A program made the position numbers and the translations under genes. A stretch of 64,000 nucleotides of DNA from Tepidisphaera sp. (GTDB taxonomy: Bacteria > Planctomycetota > Phycisphaerae > Phycisphaerales > UBA1924). Every line of letters starts with the position of its first letter. Within the stretch, counting starts at the first letter, position 1. Below are positions 43,434 to 52,655 of the stretch, piece by piece. The stretch lies in assembly GCA_050916045.1 (NCBI GenBank), contig CP051526.1, positions 2,080,001 to 2,144,000 on the forward strand, given 5' to 3'. The notes beneath the pieces are model-generated. The model was not told where the DNA came from. It ran no database searches and was given only the letters and a program-made list of their open reading frames with translations.

Positions 43434-46166
43434 ATGGCAAACCACGAAAATCCCGCTTCCAACGACCCGATCTCGGCGGCTTCCGACCTCGCGGCTGGAG
43501 TCGGTGGCGGCCGCATCGTCGATCAGGACATCCAGAAGGAACTCCAGGATTCCTACCTCACCTACGCCATGTCGACGATCATGGACCGGGCGCTCCCCGA
43601 TGTCCGCGACGGCATGAAGCCAAGCCAGCGGCGCATCCTTTGGGGCATGCACGAGCTCAACCTGCGCCCCGGCCGCAAGCACAGCAAGTGCGCCAAGATC
43701 GTCGGCGAAGTGATGGGCAATTACCACCCGCACGGCGACGCCGCGCTGTACGGCACGCTCGTGTTCATGGCTCAGACGTGGCGCTCGCGCGTCCCGATGG
43801 TCGACCCGCAGGGAAACTTCGGCTCCATCCTCGGCGACCCCCCCGCCGCCATGCGGTACACCGAAGCACGCATGCACGCCGCCGCCGTCGACATGCTTGA
43901 AGACGTCAAGCTCGACGGCGTCATCATGCAGCCCAACTACAGCAACGAGCGGATCGAGCCGACCGTGCTGCCAGCCCGCTTCCCGTACCTGCTCATCAAC
44001 GGCGGCGTCGGCATCGCCGTCGGCATGGCGACCTGCCTCGCGCCCCACAACCCCACCGAGATCTTCGACGCGATCATCCGCACCATCGACAACCCCGCCA
44101 TCACCGTCGGCGAGCTCATGCAGGACGTCGTCGATGCCGAGGGCAAGGTCGTCCGCATGGGCGTCAGAGGCCCGGATTTCCCCACCGGCGGCGTGGTGCT
44201 CGGCCGACGCGGCATCGTCGACGCTTACACCACCGGCCGCGGCAAAGTGACCCTTCGCGGCACCTGCCACGTCGAGAAGGTCGACGCCAAGGGCGACCGC
44301 GACATGATCGTGATCGACTCGATCCCCTACATGGTCGGCCAGACGGCTCTGGTCGAAAAGATCGTCGACGCCGTGAACGACGACAAGATCCAGGACATCT
44401 CGTACGTCAACGACGAGTCCAACCGCGAGACGCAGACCAAGATCGTCATCCACCTCAAGAAGGGCGCCGACCCGCGCGTCGTCGAGAAGCAGCTCTACGA
44501 GTTCACGCCCCTCCAGGAATCCTTCAGCATCAACAACCTCGCGCTGGTCAACCGCCAGCCGCGCACGCTCGGCCTCCGCGACATGATCGACTGCTACATC
44601 GATCACCGCCGCGACGTCATCCGCCGCCGCACGACCTACCTCCTCCGCGAAGCCAAGAAACGCGCCCACGTCCTGGAAGGCATGATCTACGCCGTCTGCG
44701 ACATCGACGAGGTCATCCGCATCATCCGCGCCAGCAAGACCCGCGAGGAAGCCATCTCCCGCCTCATGGAGAAACGCTTCCAGATCCCCGCGTCGCACCC
44801 GCACGCCGCCAAGCTCCCGCCCCGCCTCCTCGCCCGCATCGGCGCCGCCGAGGGCGGCCTCCTCCTCTCGCGCATCCAAGCCGAGACCATCGGCGGCATG
44901 CGGCTCATCCAGCTCGTCGGCCTCGAGATCGAGAAGCTCATCGCCGAGTACAAGACCGTCGACGCCGAGATCACCGACCTCGAAAGCATCCTCGCCTCCG
45001 ACGCCCGCGTCCTCGCCATCGCCAAGGACGACTGCCTCGCGATGCGCGAGAAGCACGCTTCCCCCCGCCGCACGCAGATCGACGACGCCGACGTCGACAT
45101 CGATATCGCCGAACTCATCCCCGTGCAGGAGGTCGCCCTCACCATCAGCCGCGACGGGTACGCCAAACGCGTCCCGCTCGACACCTACCGCCAGCAGGGC
45201 CGCGGCGGCAAGGGCGTCAAAGCCGGCGAAACCAAGGACGAGGATTTCCTCGAGCACCTGTTCGTCGCGAGCACGCACGATGACCTCCTGTGTTTCACCG
45301 ACACGGGCCGCGTTTTCAAGATGAAGGTCTTCGAGGTCCCCGAGATGGGCCGGACCAGCAAGGGTCGGGCTCTCATCAACCTGCTCGACCTCAAGGGCGG
45401 CGGTTCCGACTCCGGCCCCGGCGAGAAGTGTCGAGCGTTCCTCGCGGTCAAGAACTTCGAGGAAGGCTCCGAGTTCCTCACCTTCGTCTCCCGCCAGGGC
45501 ATCGTCAAGCGCACCGCCCTCAAGGAATACCGCAACGTCAACAAGAGCGGCTTGATCGCCGTCGGCCTCAAGGAGGGCGACGCACTCCTCGACGTCACGC
45601 TCACCCGCGGCAGCGATGACATCCTCATCGCGACCGCCAACGGCATGGCGATCCGCTTCAACGAGCAGGACGCCCGCCTCATGGGCCGCTCCGCCGCCGG
45701 CGTCAAGGGCATCGAGCTCGAGGATGGCGATGAGGTCGTCGGCGTGATCTCGATCCCGATGACCCCCGCCGCCACTCCCGAAGCCGAGGGCACCACCGCC
45801 GACCCCACCGTCTGCCTGCTCACCATCACCGAGAACGGCTACGGCAAACGTACCCCCGTCGACGAATACCGCGTCCAGTCCGAGGACGGCTCCATGCGAT
45901 CCCAAAGCCGCGGCGGCAAGGGCCGCATCGACATCAAGACCTCCGACCGCAACGGCAAAGCCGTCGCCGCCCTGGGCGTCCACGCTACCGACGGCGTCAT
46001 GGTCATCAGCAAAGGCGGCCAGATCGTCCGCACCGCCGCCGGCGAGATCCGCGAAACCGGCCGCAACGCCCAGGGCGTCCGCGTCGTCAGCCTTGACGAA
46101 GGCGACGTCGTGATCGCCGCGGCACGGATCGTGGAATCCGGCACGGAAGCCCAGGCGTCGATCTGA
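43434..46166 (+). CDS. gyrA: DNA gyrase subunit A
   Basis: 'RALPDVRDG', 'YHPHGD', catalytic 'AAMRYTE', GyrA-box 'QGRGGKG', C-terminal beta-pinwheel repeats. Confidence 0.96.
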   Translation: MANHENPASNDPISAASDLAAGVGGGRIVDQDIQKELQDSYLTYAMSTIMDRALPDVRDGMKPSQRRILWGMHELNLRPGRKHSKCAKIVGEVMGNYHPHGDAALYGTLVFMAQTWRSRVPMVDPQGNFGSILGDPPAAMRYTEARMHAAAVDMLEDVKLDGVIMQPNYSNERIEPTVLPARFPYLLINGGVGIAVGMATCLAPHNPTEIFDAIIRTIDNPAITVGELMQDVVDAEGKVVRMGVRGPDFPTGGVVLGRRGIVDAYTTGRGKVTLRGTCHVEKVDAKGDRDMIVIDSIPYMVGQTALVEKIVDAVNDDKIQDISYVNDESNRETQTKIVIHLKKGADPRVVEKQLYEFTPLQESFSINNLALVNRQPRTLGLRDMIDCYIDHRRDVIRRRTTYLLREAKKRAHVLEGMIYAVCDIDEVIRIIRASKTREEAISRLMEKRFQIPASHPHAAKLPPRLLARIGAAEGGLLLSRIQAETIGGMRLIQLVGLEIEKLIAEYKTVDAEITDLESILASDARVLAIAKDDCLAMREKHASPRRTQIDDADVDIDIAELIPVQEVALTISRDGYAKRVPLDTYRQQGRGGKGVKAGETKDEDFLEHLFVASTHDDLLCFTDTGRVFKMKVFEVPEMGRTSKGRALINLLDLKGGGSDSGPGEKCRAFLAVKNFEEGSEFLTFVSRQGIVKRTALKEYRNVNKSGLIAVGLKEGDALLDVTLTRGSDDILIATANGMAIRFNEQDARLMGRSAAGVKGIELEDGDEVVGVISIPMTPAATPEAEGTTADPTVCLLTITENGYGKRTPVDEYRVQSEDGSMRSQSRGGKGRIDIKTSDRNGKAVAALGVHATDGVMVISKGGQIVRTAAGEIRETGRNAQGVRVVSLDEGDVVIAAARIVESGTEAQASI

Positions 46167-46184
46167 CGATTTGTGTTCTGAGAA

Positions 46185-46562
46185 TTGTCAATGGAGATTC
46201 GCGACCTGTTCAGACGGATGCAGTCAGCTGCGTGGCCGCACAAGGACGTGACCGCCGCGCAGATGATCGCGCTGACGGAAACACCCACGCTTGCGTTTGG
46301 AGATCTCGGTCGGGATGCAGCTCACCTCGTTCAGACTGATGTACGCTCGCTGATCCGAATCCTCGACGAAGCAGAGTCCGCCTTTGGAATTTCGGGCATC
46401 GCCGATTCGTGTATCGCGACCGGCTTTCTCGATTCGCTTTCCACCACAAGTATGAAGGCGGGCAGTTGGCAGGTCGTGCGCGATTTGCTTCCCCCGCGAT
46501 GCCGCGCGTACCTGAAGGCCCTCAGCGACTTTCATGGCGAGGGCGCCTTCGTAGACACGTGA
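46185..46562 (+). CDS. Small hypothetical protein, visibly lower GC than its neighbours
   Basis: Fills the gap between gyrA and a convergent regulator; many A/T-ending codons; 'CIATGFLDSL' and 'RCRAYLKALSDFHG'. Confidence 0.55.
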   Translation: MSMEIRDLFRRMQSAAWPHKDVTAAQMIALTETPTLAFGDLGRDAAHLVQTDVRSLIRILDEAESAFGISGIADSCIATGFLDSLSTTSMKAGSWQVVRDLLPPRCRAYLKALSDFHGEGAFVDT

Positions 46563-46574
46563 TGATCGACCCCC

Positions 46575-47219
46575 TCAAAACCCCGCCGACCCCAGCCACT
46601 CGCTCGGCCGTTCCTGCAGCGCCGTCGCGATTGCCGCCAGCGATTCCAAGCTCGGCAGGTGGGCTCCGCGTTCGATCGAGCTGAGCTGGCTCACGCTCAC
46701 GTTCGTCGCTTCGCTCAGTTCCTTGAGCGTCCAGCCCCGCTCCGTCCGCGCCAGCCGGATCTGCCGCCCCAGGCTCTGCCTGAGCCGGTCCAGCGGCCTG
46801 CTCCCAAGGTCAAACGCCGCCACCGCCTGCCAGATGCACCGCCGAAGCTCCTCCGTCGAAAACGGCTTGGCGAGATAGTCGAACACATCCTGCTTGAACG
46901 TCTCCCGCATGCTGTCCATCGACGGATACCCGGTCACGACGATGACGCAGAGCGTCCGCCACCGCGCCCGGATCTCCTTCAGCATCTCCGCGCCCGACCA
47001 GCGACCCATGTTCATGTCCAGAAGCACGATGTCTGGAAGCCGCTCGCTCGCCGCCGCGAAGAACTCGTCCGGACCCGCCGCCGTCCGCACCTCGTGCCCG
47101 TCTCCCTCCAGAACCGACCGGATGTACTGCCGAAAGTCCGCATCGTCATCCACCGCGATGATCGAAAGCGAAGGCGGGGACTCGTGCTTGCTCGGGACGG
47201 TTTCGTGCGGATCGGCCAT
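46575..47219 (-). CDS. Response regulator with C-terminal XRE-type HTH
   Basis: Receiver 'VDDD', 'LDMNM', 'VTG', 'KPF'; HTH 'IRLARTERGWTLKELS...VSQLSSIERG'. Confidence 0.9.
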   Translation of the reverse strand: MADPHETVPSKHESPPSLSIIAVDDDADFRQYIRSVLEGDGHEVRTAAGPDEFFAAASERLPDIVLLDMNMGRWSGAEMLKEIRARWRTLCVIVVTGYPSMDSMRETFKQDVFDYLAKPFSTEELRRCIWQAVAAFDLGSRPLDRLRQSLGRQIRLARTERGWTLKELSEATNVSVSQLSSIERGAHLPSLESLAAIATALQERPSEWLGSAGF

Positions 47220-47225
47220 GAATGT

Positions 47226-48854
47226 TCACTCCGTGACGGGGGAGGATACCGCGGAGTTCTCTTGAGCGCCGGCGGGCAGCATCACCTCAAACTCGGCTCC
47301 GCCGGCGGAGTTCTCCCGCGAACTCGCCAGGTTTCGAGCCAGAATCACCCCGCCGTGCTCGCGAACGATCCCCTCGGCGACCGCCAAACCCAGCCCGGTC
47401 CCCCGCGAGTCCAACCGCGTGCTCGCGAACGGCTCGAACAGCTTCGGAAGCACCGTCGGATCAATCCCCGGCCCGTTGTCGCGTACCGAGACCGCTACCC
47501 AGTCCCGACCCTCGCGACGGCTTGTGGAAGCCAGAACCGTGATCGTCGGAGCTCCCGGCCCAAACGACAGATGCTCCGTCAGCGCGTTGCACGCGTTCCG
47601 CACAAGGTTCACGAAGACCTGCACCATCCGGTCCGCATCGCACTCAACCGCCAGTTCCGCCGGAATCTGGTTCTCGAAGCGCACCCGCTCCGCCCCCCCA
47701 CTCCCCACCCCGCCGCTCACCCCCGCATCCAGGCGCACCAGCGTGATCGCTTCTTCGACCACCTCCCGCAGGAACGCTCTCCGCGTCCGCGGCTGCCGCG
47801 CCCGCGCGAAATCAAGCAAGCTGTCGCCCAGCCGCTCAAGCCGCTCGACCACGCGCAGCATCAGCGCCGCCGACGCCGGATCCAGACCCGCTCCCGGGTC
47901 ACGGTTCAGCCGCTCGACAAGCCCCTTCAGCACCGTCAGCGGCGTGTTCAGTTCGTGCGCCACGCCCGCCGACATCATCCCCAAGCTCGCGAGCCGGTCC
48001 GCATCCGCCAGGTTCCGCCGTGCCGTCTCGAGCAGATGGTTCTTCCGCTTGAGGTCGTTGGCGACTTCCTCAAGCTGCGAGAGCGCCCGGGCAAGCTGAG
48101 CTTCCTGCGTCCGAAGCGCGATCACCGACTCGTTGCGGCTCCGCATGATCTCGCCAAGCTCATCGCTCGGGATCGACGCTTCCGCGATCAGTTCCGCGTT
48201 GATCCGACCCTCCCGCAGCGCTCGGTCCGCATCCAGCATCGTCTCAATCGGCCCGTACACCGCTTGCGGCAACACGAAAAGCTCGATCGTCACCGCGATG
48301 AACACGTACACGCCGATCAGCGCGAACACCGTCAGCACGAAAAGCCTGTTCACCGCGTCGCGAGCCTCACGCCGCACCACTGAGATCACGACGTACCGCG
48401 TCGGCTGCCCCGGTGCGACCACCGCAAGCACCGCCGCTCCGCCATCCTCCACCAAGGGCGGCCCCTTGCCCGACGGGATCGTCAGCGGGATCGGCGCCGC
48501 CGATTCCGCCGCTTGCGCAATCGCGCTCTCAAGGCCGATCTCTTCCGATGTCCCCTTCGCGATCGTCACACCCTCCACCGCCCCCAGGAGCAGCTCAGCG
48601 TCCATCACCGACACGCTGGACTTACCCGTCGACGCGTCCGCGATCGCCTGCATCAGCGTCAGCGCCTCGCCCGTCTCCGCCCGATCCACGACCTCCGTCA
48701 CCGCCGGACGAAGCCCCACGATCAAAAGCAGCAAAAGCCCGAGCGAAAAGACCGTGTGCAGCACGATCAGCTTCTTGCGGATCCGAAGCCCGGCCAAAAG
48801 GCCGCGCCGACGCGGAAGTGACGCCGGCTTCTTCATCGATCCTGTCTCGGGCAT
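47226..48854 (-). CDS. Membrane sensor histidine kinase with HAMP domain
   Basis: Two TMs; H-box 'AHELNTPL', N-box 'NLVRNA', 'DNGPGI', 'FEPF', 'GTGLGL'; start uncertain (48854 or 48836). Confidence 0.92.
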   Translation of the reverse strand: MPETGSMKKPASLPRRRGLLAGLRIRKKLIVLHTVFSLGLLLLLIVGLRPAVTEVVDRAETGEALTLMQAIADASTGKSSVSVMDAELLLGAVEGVTIAKGTSEEIGLESAIAQAAESAAPIPLTIPSGKGPPLVEDGGAAVLAVVAPGQPTRYVVISVVRREARDAVNRLFVLTVFALIGVYVFIAVTIELFVLPQAVYGPIETMLDADRALREGRINAELIAEASIPSDELGEIMRSRNESVIALRTQEAQLARALSQLEEVANDLKRKNHLLETARRNLADADRLASLGMMSAGVAHELNTPLTVLKGLVERLNRDPGAGLDPASAALMLRVVERLERLGDSLLDFARARQPRTRRAFLREVVEEAITLVRLDAGVSGGVGSGGAERVRFENQIPAELAVECDADRMVQVFVNLVRNACNALTEHLSFGPGAPTITVLASTSRREGRDWVAVSVRDNGPGIDPTVLPKLFEPFASTRLDSRGTGLGLAVAEGIVREHGGVILARNLASSRENSAGGAEFEVMLPAGAQENSAVSSPVTE

Positions 48855-48920
48855 CCAGCATTCTTGGCTCCCCGACGCCGCGAGAATCGCCCCCACGCGA
48901 CGGACTACCCTCGTGCGAGC

Positions 48921-50474
48921 ATGCACCAAGGCCCCCGCCCGCCATCAAGCCACCCCGCCAAACCCGCGTTCAGCCCGCGCACCGGCAAACCCGCTGGCAA
49001 ACCCGCCGGCAGACCCCCCGGCGGCCCCGGCGCGATGAACCCGCACGCTCCCAGCACCTCCCACCCCGACGCCCGCAAAGCCGTCACCGGCGACAAGCCC
49101 CGCGACCTCGTCTGCCAGCGCCTCGCCCAGCAGGCCCGCCGCTTCCCCGACCTCGACCCCACCGGGTTTGACGCCCGCCTCGAGCCCCGCGACGCCGCGT
49201 TCGCCCACGCCATCTACGACGCCGTCATCCGCCGCTGGCTCACCCTCGAGGTCCTCGTCCGCTCGCGCATGGACAAGCCCAACTTGCCGCTCGACATCGG
49301 CGTGCAAGCGGCTCTCCTCTCCGGCGCCGCCCAGATCGTCTTCCTCGACCGCGTTCCCACCCACGCCGTGATCAACCACTGCGTCGAATGGGTCAAGATC
49401 GCCGTCAACGCCCGTGCCGGCGGACTGGTGAACGCTCTCCTCCGCCGCGTCGGTGAACTGATGGCCAGCGCCACCAACGTCGACGAGTACACGATCGCCC
49501 ACGATGAGATCCCCATGGAAGACGGCGGCGCCATCCGCTTGCCCGCTCCGGTCTTCCGCGGCGACCCCTCGCAGCGCCTCGCAGCCGCCACAAGCCACCC
49601 GCCCGCGTACATCCGGGCTCTCACGACCCACTTCGGCCCCGACGTCGCGAAAAAGCTCGCGCTGCACAGCCTCGTTCGCCCGCCAACCGTCCTCTGCACG
49701 CACTACGCCAAAGCGCTCGCCGATCCCGGCCTCGCCCCGCACGCGTCCCAAGCCCACCGCGTCTGGACCGGCGACCGCCCCTCGATGCTCACGCTCCTCG
49801 AGCGCGAACGCCTCGTCTGGGTGCAGGACGCTTCGTCATCACGAGCGGTCCTCGGCCTGGCGGCCAGGCTGACGGCCCTGGGCAAGTCCCCGCGCGTGAT
49901 CGTCGACCTCTGCGCCGGTCAGGGCACCAAAACCCGCCAGCTTTCCGCTGAGTTTCCCGGTGCGGTCATCCTCGCATCCGACACCGATGAGGACCGGCTC
50001 AAGACACTCCGCGCCGGCGCTATGACCACCGGCGGCCGCATCCAAGCCGCCGCGTACGAGGACGTCCCCGCCGTCGTCCGCGAGCTCTCACGCGGCTACG
50101 GAGCCGACCTCGTCCTGCTCGACGTCCCCTGCAGCAACGCCGGCACGCTCGCCCGCCGCCCCGAAGCCAAGTACCGCCTGGCTTCCGATCAGATGGTCCG
50201 CTTGGTCCCGCTCCAGCGTGAGATCATCGCCAAGGGAACCTCGCTCCTCTCCCCCGAGGGCATGCTCGTCTATTCGACCTGCAGCATCGATCCGGCGGAG
50301 AACCACGACCAAGCCGAATGGGCCGCAAGCCCCGACGGTCCCGGCCTCAAGCTTCTCGATGAGGAGCAGACGCTCCCTTCCGGCACGCCCGGCGACCCGG
50401 CCTCGGCGTACGGCGACGGCTCGTACTTCGCGCTCCTGAGCCGCACCCAACCCGCGCCCCCCGCTACTCCTTGA
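48921..50474 (+). CDS. RsmB/Sun-like rRNA m5C methyltransferase with NusB-like domain
   Basis: 'VPTHAVIN', 'GLVNALLR', 'DLCAGQGTKT', 'DVPCS', 'YSTCS'; start uncertain. Confidence 0.85.
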   Translation: MHQGPRPPSSHPAKPAFSPRTGKPAGKPAGRPPGGPGAMNPHAPSTSHPDARKAVTGDKPRDLVCQRLAQQARRFPDLDPTGFDARLEPRDAAFAHAIYDAVIRRWLTLEVLVRSRMDKPNLPLDIGVQAALLSGAAQIVFLDRVPTHAVINHCVEWVKIAVNARAGGLVNALLRRVGELMASATNVDEYTIAHDEIPMEDGGAIRLPAPVFRGDPSQRLAAATSHPPAYIRALTTHFGPDVAKKLALHSLVRPPTVLCTHYAKALADPGLAPHASQAHRVWTGDRPSMLTLLERERLVWVQDASSSRAVLGLAARLTALGKSPRVIVDLCAGQGTKTRQLSAEFPGAVILASDTDEDRLKTLRAGAMTTGGRIQAAAYEDVPAVVRELSRGYGADLVLLDVPCSNAGTLARRPEAKYRLASDQMVRLVPLQREIIAKGTSLLSPEGMLVYSTCSIDPAENHDQAEWAASPDGPGLKLLDEEQTLPSGTPGDPASAYGDGSYFALLSRTQPAPPATP

Positions 50475-51306
50475 GCTTCTTGATCTCGTCCCGCAACCGG
50501 GCCGCTTCCTCGTAGTCTTCCTTCGCGATGGCTTCCTCAAGCTGCTGCTTCAGCTCGGCTTTGCGCCCCTTGGCGGTCTTGGGCGCGGGCTCCTTCACGG
50601 GGAGTTTGGGCGCAAGGCTGTCTCGCATCTGCCGGAGCATCTGAACTTCCTGCGACTGCTCGAGCCCCGCGGGGTCGCCAAGGTCCGCATACGCCCGCCG
50701 CACCAGGTCGATGCCCTGGTCGATCGCGAACATCGCCGCGCTCGCTTCCCCGTCCTTGATCATCTGGCTGGCGAGCGCACGCGTCCGGACCATGAGCACA
50801 TACGGCCGATATTGCTCGAGAGCCTGGCGGTCCTCTTCGGTCTCCGCGTGGTCGCGGCACAGGTCAAAGACGCGCAGGTTCCGAGTCGTATCTCGGACCA
50901 CGCCGTCGAAGTCCTCAAGCACCAGGAGCGCCATGTACCGGTGGTAGTACTGCAGCGCTTCGTCCCGGATCGCGGAACACTCGTCGGACGAAAGCTTGAG
51001 CCTCTCGGCTTCCGGCTGCTCGGCCGAGTCTTCCATCGCGGCTTCGTAGTACTCGAGGAGCGACTCGTGCTCGTGGGGCCGCTCGCCATCGGGCCGGCCG
51101 TCCGCGAACATCTGAAGAATGCCCAGATCCAGCCGGATCTGGATCCGACCTTCGCCGTCATCGCCCAGAAATTGTCGGACGTTGGGCTGTCCGGGAACAA
51201 AGGGCCATCGCGCGAAGAGCGGTGACAGATCGTCCGAGAGGTTCTCCGACTGGTCTTTGTTCGGTTTTTTCTGCAATTTTGGCCTCGGATCAAGCCTAGG
51301 ACGCAC
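50464..51306 (-). CDS. UvrB/UvrC-motif protein (planctomycete-type)
   Basis: 'IQIRLDLGILQM..DGRPDG', 'QYYHRY'; C-terminal 'LEEAIAKEDYEEAARLRDEI'. Confidence 0.8.
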   Translation of the reverse strand: MRPRLDPRPKLQKKPNKDQSENLSDDLSPLFARWPFVPGQPNVRQFLGDDGEGRIQIRLDLGILQMFADGRPDGERPHEHESLLEYYEAAMEDSAEQPEAERLKLSSDECSAIRDEALQYYHRYMALLVLEDFDGVVRDTTRNLRVFDLCRDHAETEEDRQALEQYRPYVLMVRTRALASQMIKDGEASAAMFAIDQGIDLVRRAYADLGDPAGLEQSQEVQMLRQMRDSLAPKLPVKEPAPKTAKGRKAELKQQLEEAIAKEDYEEAARLRDEIKKLKE

Positions 51307-51558
51307 TGGGGGTAGGGATTATGGGCCAATTTAAAGAAATTTCATCGAAAATCCAGGGTCCGGGTGGCATTTCGCGCCATTTGTGTCATGTTGGAGGCTG
51401 GAGGAGTCTGCACTTGGACAAGCTCCCTCATGAGCGATTCTTGCGCGGTCGATGGAACCGTTCGCAGGAGCCCGGCGTATAGTCGCCCGGACCTTCATGT
51501 GGAGTTGGTCCAGTGTGGTGTAGAACGGCAGCCGCTTGCCGTGAAAGGTGGTAGGACA

Positions 51559-52527
51559 GTGAGTGGAGAGAGAGAACGGGCCGCAACGGCCTCGAAGGCG
51601 GTGCAATCCGACCTTCAACTGTATCTGAGGGAGATCAACCGTTATCCTCTGCTCACCGCCGAGCAGGAAAAGGAATTCGGTTGGGCTGTCATCAACGACA
51701 ACTGCCCGCATGCCCGCGACCGGATGATCCGGTCGAACTTGCGACTTGTCGTGGCGATCGCCAAAAACTACTCGAACCGGGGACTGCCTCTGACCGACCT
51801 CATCGAAGAGGGCAATATCGGTCTGATGCGCGCCGTCGAGGGGTTTGATCCTTCCCAGGGAGCGCGGTTCAGCACCTATGCGAGCTGGTGGATCAAGCAG
51901 GCTGTCAAGCGTGCTCTGATCAACGCCACGCAGCCGGTGCACATCCCGACCTACATGGTCGAGCTGATCGCCAAGTGGAAGATCGCCCATCGCAAGCTCG
52001 AAGCCGAGCTGGGCTTCCCCCCCACGATCCACGATCTGGCTCGCGCCATGGACCTCCCGGTCCGCAAGGTCCGGATCATCAAGCGCGCGATCAAAGCCTT
52101 CCAGTCGCCGTTCCGCGAGTCCCAGGGCAGCGAAAGCCTCGGCTTGGGCGAGCTCGTCGCCGACACGCGCCACGCCGCTCCGGAAGAGTCCCTCTTCCGC
52201 GAGGATGAGCTCAAGACCCTCAATTCGCTGCTTGACACGATCGATCCGCGCGAAGCGGACATCCTCAAGCTTCGATTCGGCCTCGACGGCTGCGAGCCCA
52301 TGACGCTCAAGCAGATCTCCGACGAGATGAAGATCAGCCGCGAGCGCGTTCGCCAGATCGTCGACGAGGCGCTCACCAAGCTCAACGCCCGCCTTACGCA
52401 GGAGCCCCGCAAGCTCGACGATTCCGAAGGCCAGCGTCGCGTGGGTCGCGCCCAGTCCGAGCGGTTCCAGACCGACCGGCTCCAGGCCGATCAGATCATG
52501 GGCGAAACCGCCCGAATCGTCGGCTGA
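51559..52527 (+). CDS. Sigma-70 family (RpoD/RpoS-like, lacking region 1.1) sigma factor
   Basis: 'LQLYLREI', 'NLRLVVAIAK', 'DLIEEGNIGL', 'FSTYASWWIKQ', 'SRERVRQI'; probable GTG start at 51559. Confidence 0.92.
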   Translation: MSGERERAATASKAVQSDLQLYLREINRYPLLTAEQEKEFGWAVINDNCPHARDRMIRSNLRLVVAIAKNYSNRGLPLTDLIEEGNIGLMRAVEGFDPSQGARFSTYASWWIKQAVKRALINATQPVHIPTYMVELIAKWKIAHRKLEAELGFPPTIHDLARAMDLPVRKVRIIKRAIKAFQSPFRESQGSESLGLGELVADTRHAAPEESLFREDELKTLNSLLDTIDPREADILKLRFGLDGCEPMTLKQISDEMKISRERVRQIVDEALTKLNARLTQEPRKLDDSEGQRRVGRAQSERFQTDRLQADQIMGETARIVG

Positions 52528-52560
52528 TTCCCGCTTTCTGAACCAACACCGATCTCACAC

Positions 52561-52593
52561 GCGGGGCCCCATGCGGGCCCCGCTTTGCTTTTT
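52561..52593 (+). terminator. Rho-independent terminator after the sigma factor
   Basis: GCGGGGCCC-catgc-GGGCCCCGC followed by TTTGCTTTTT. Confidence 0.85.
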
Positions 52594-52655
52594 CGTCGCG
52601 CCCCAAACCACTCCGGCGTGTGCAAAGCGGGCCCGTCCCTGCTACCATCGGCGCT

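Noticed and set aside
6344..45983. Very long antisense ORFs (e.g. 6344-9037, 29860-32529, 33966-36266, 43380-45983)
   Set aside because: Typical stop-poor shadow frames of high-GC coding sequence with no recognisable motifs
27000..50500. Visibly C-rich + strand regardless of gene orientation, suggesting a skew domain or inversion
   Set aside because: Cannot be quantified by eye and is confounded by codon bias; a cumulative GC-skew calculation would be needed
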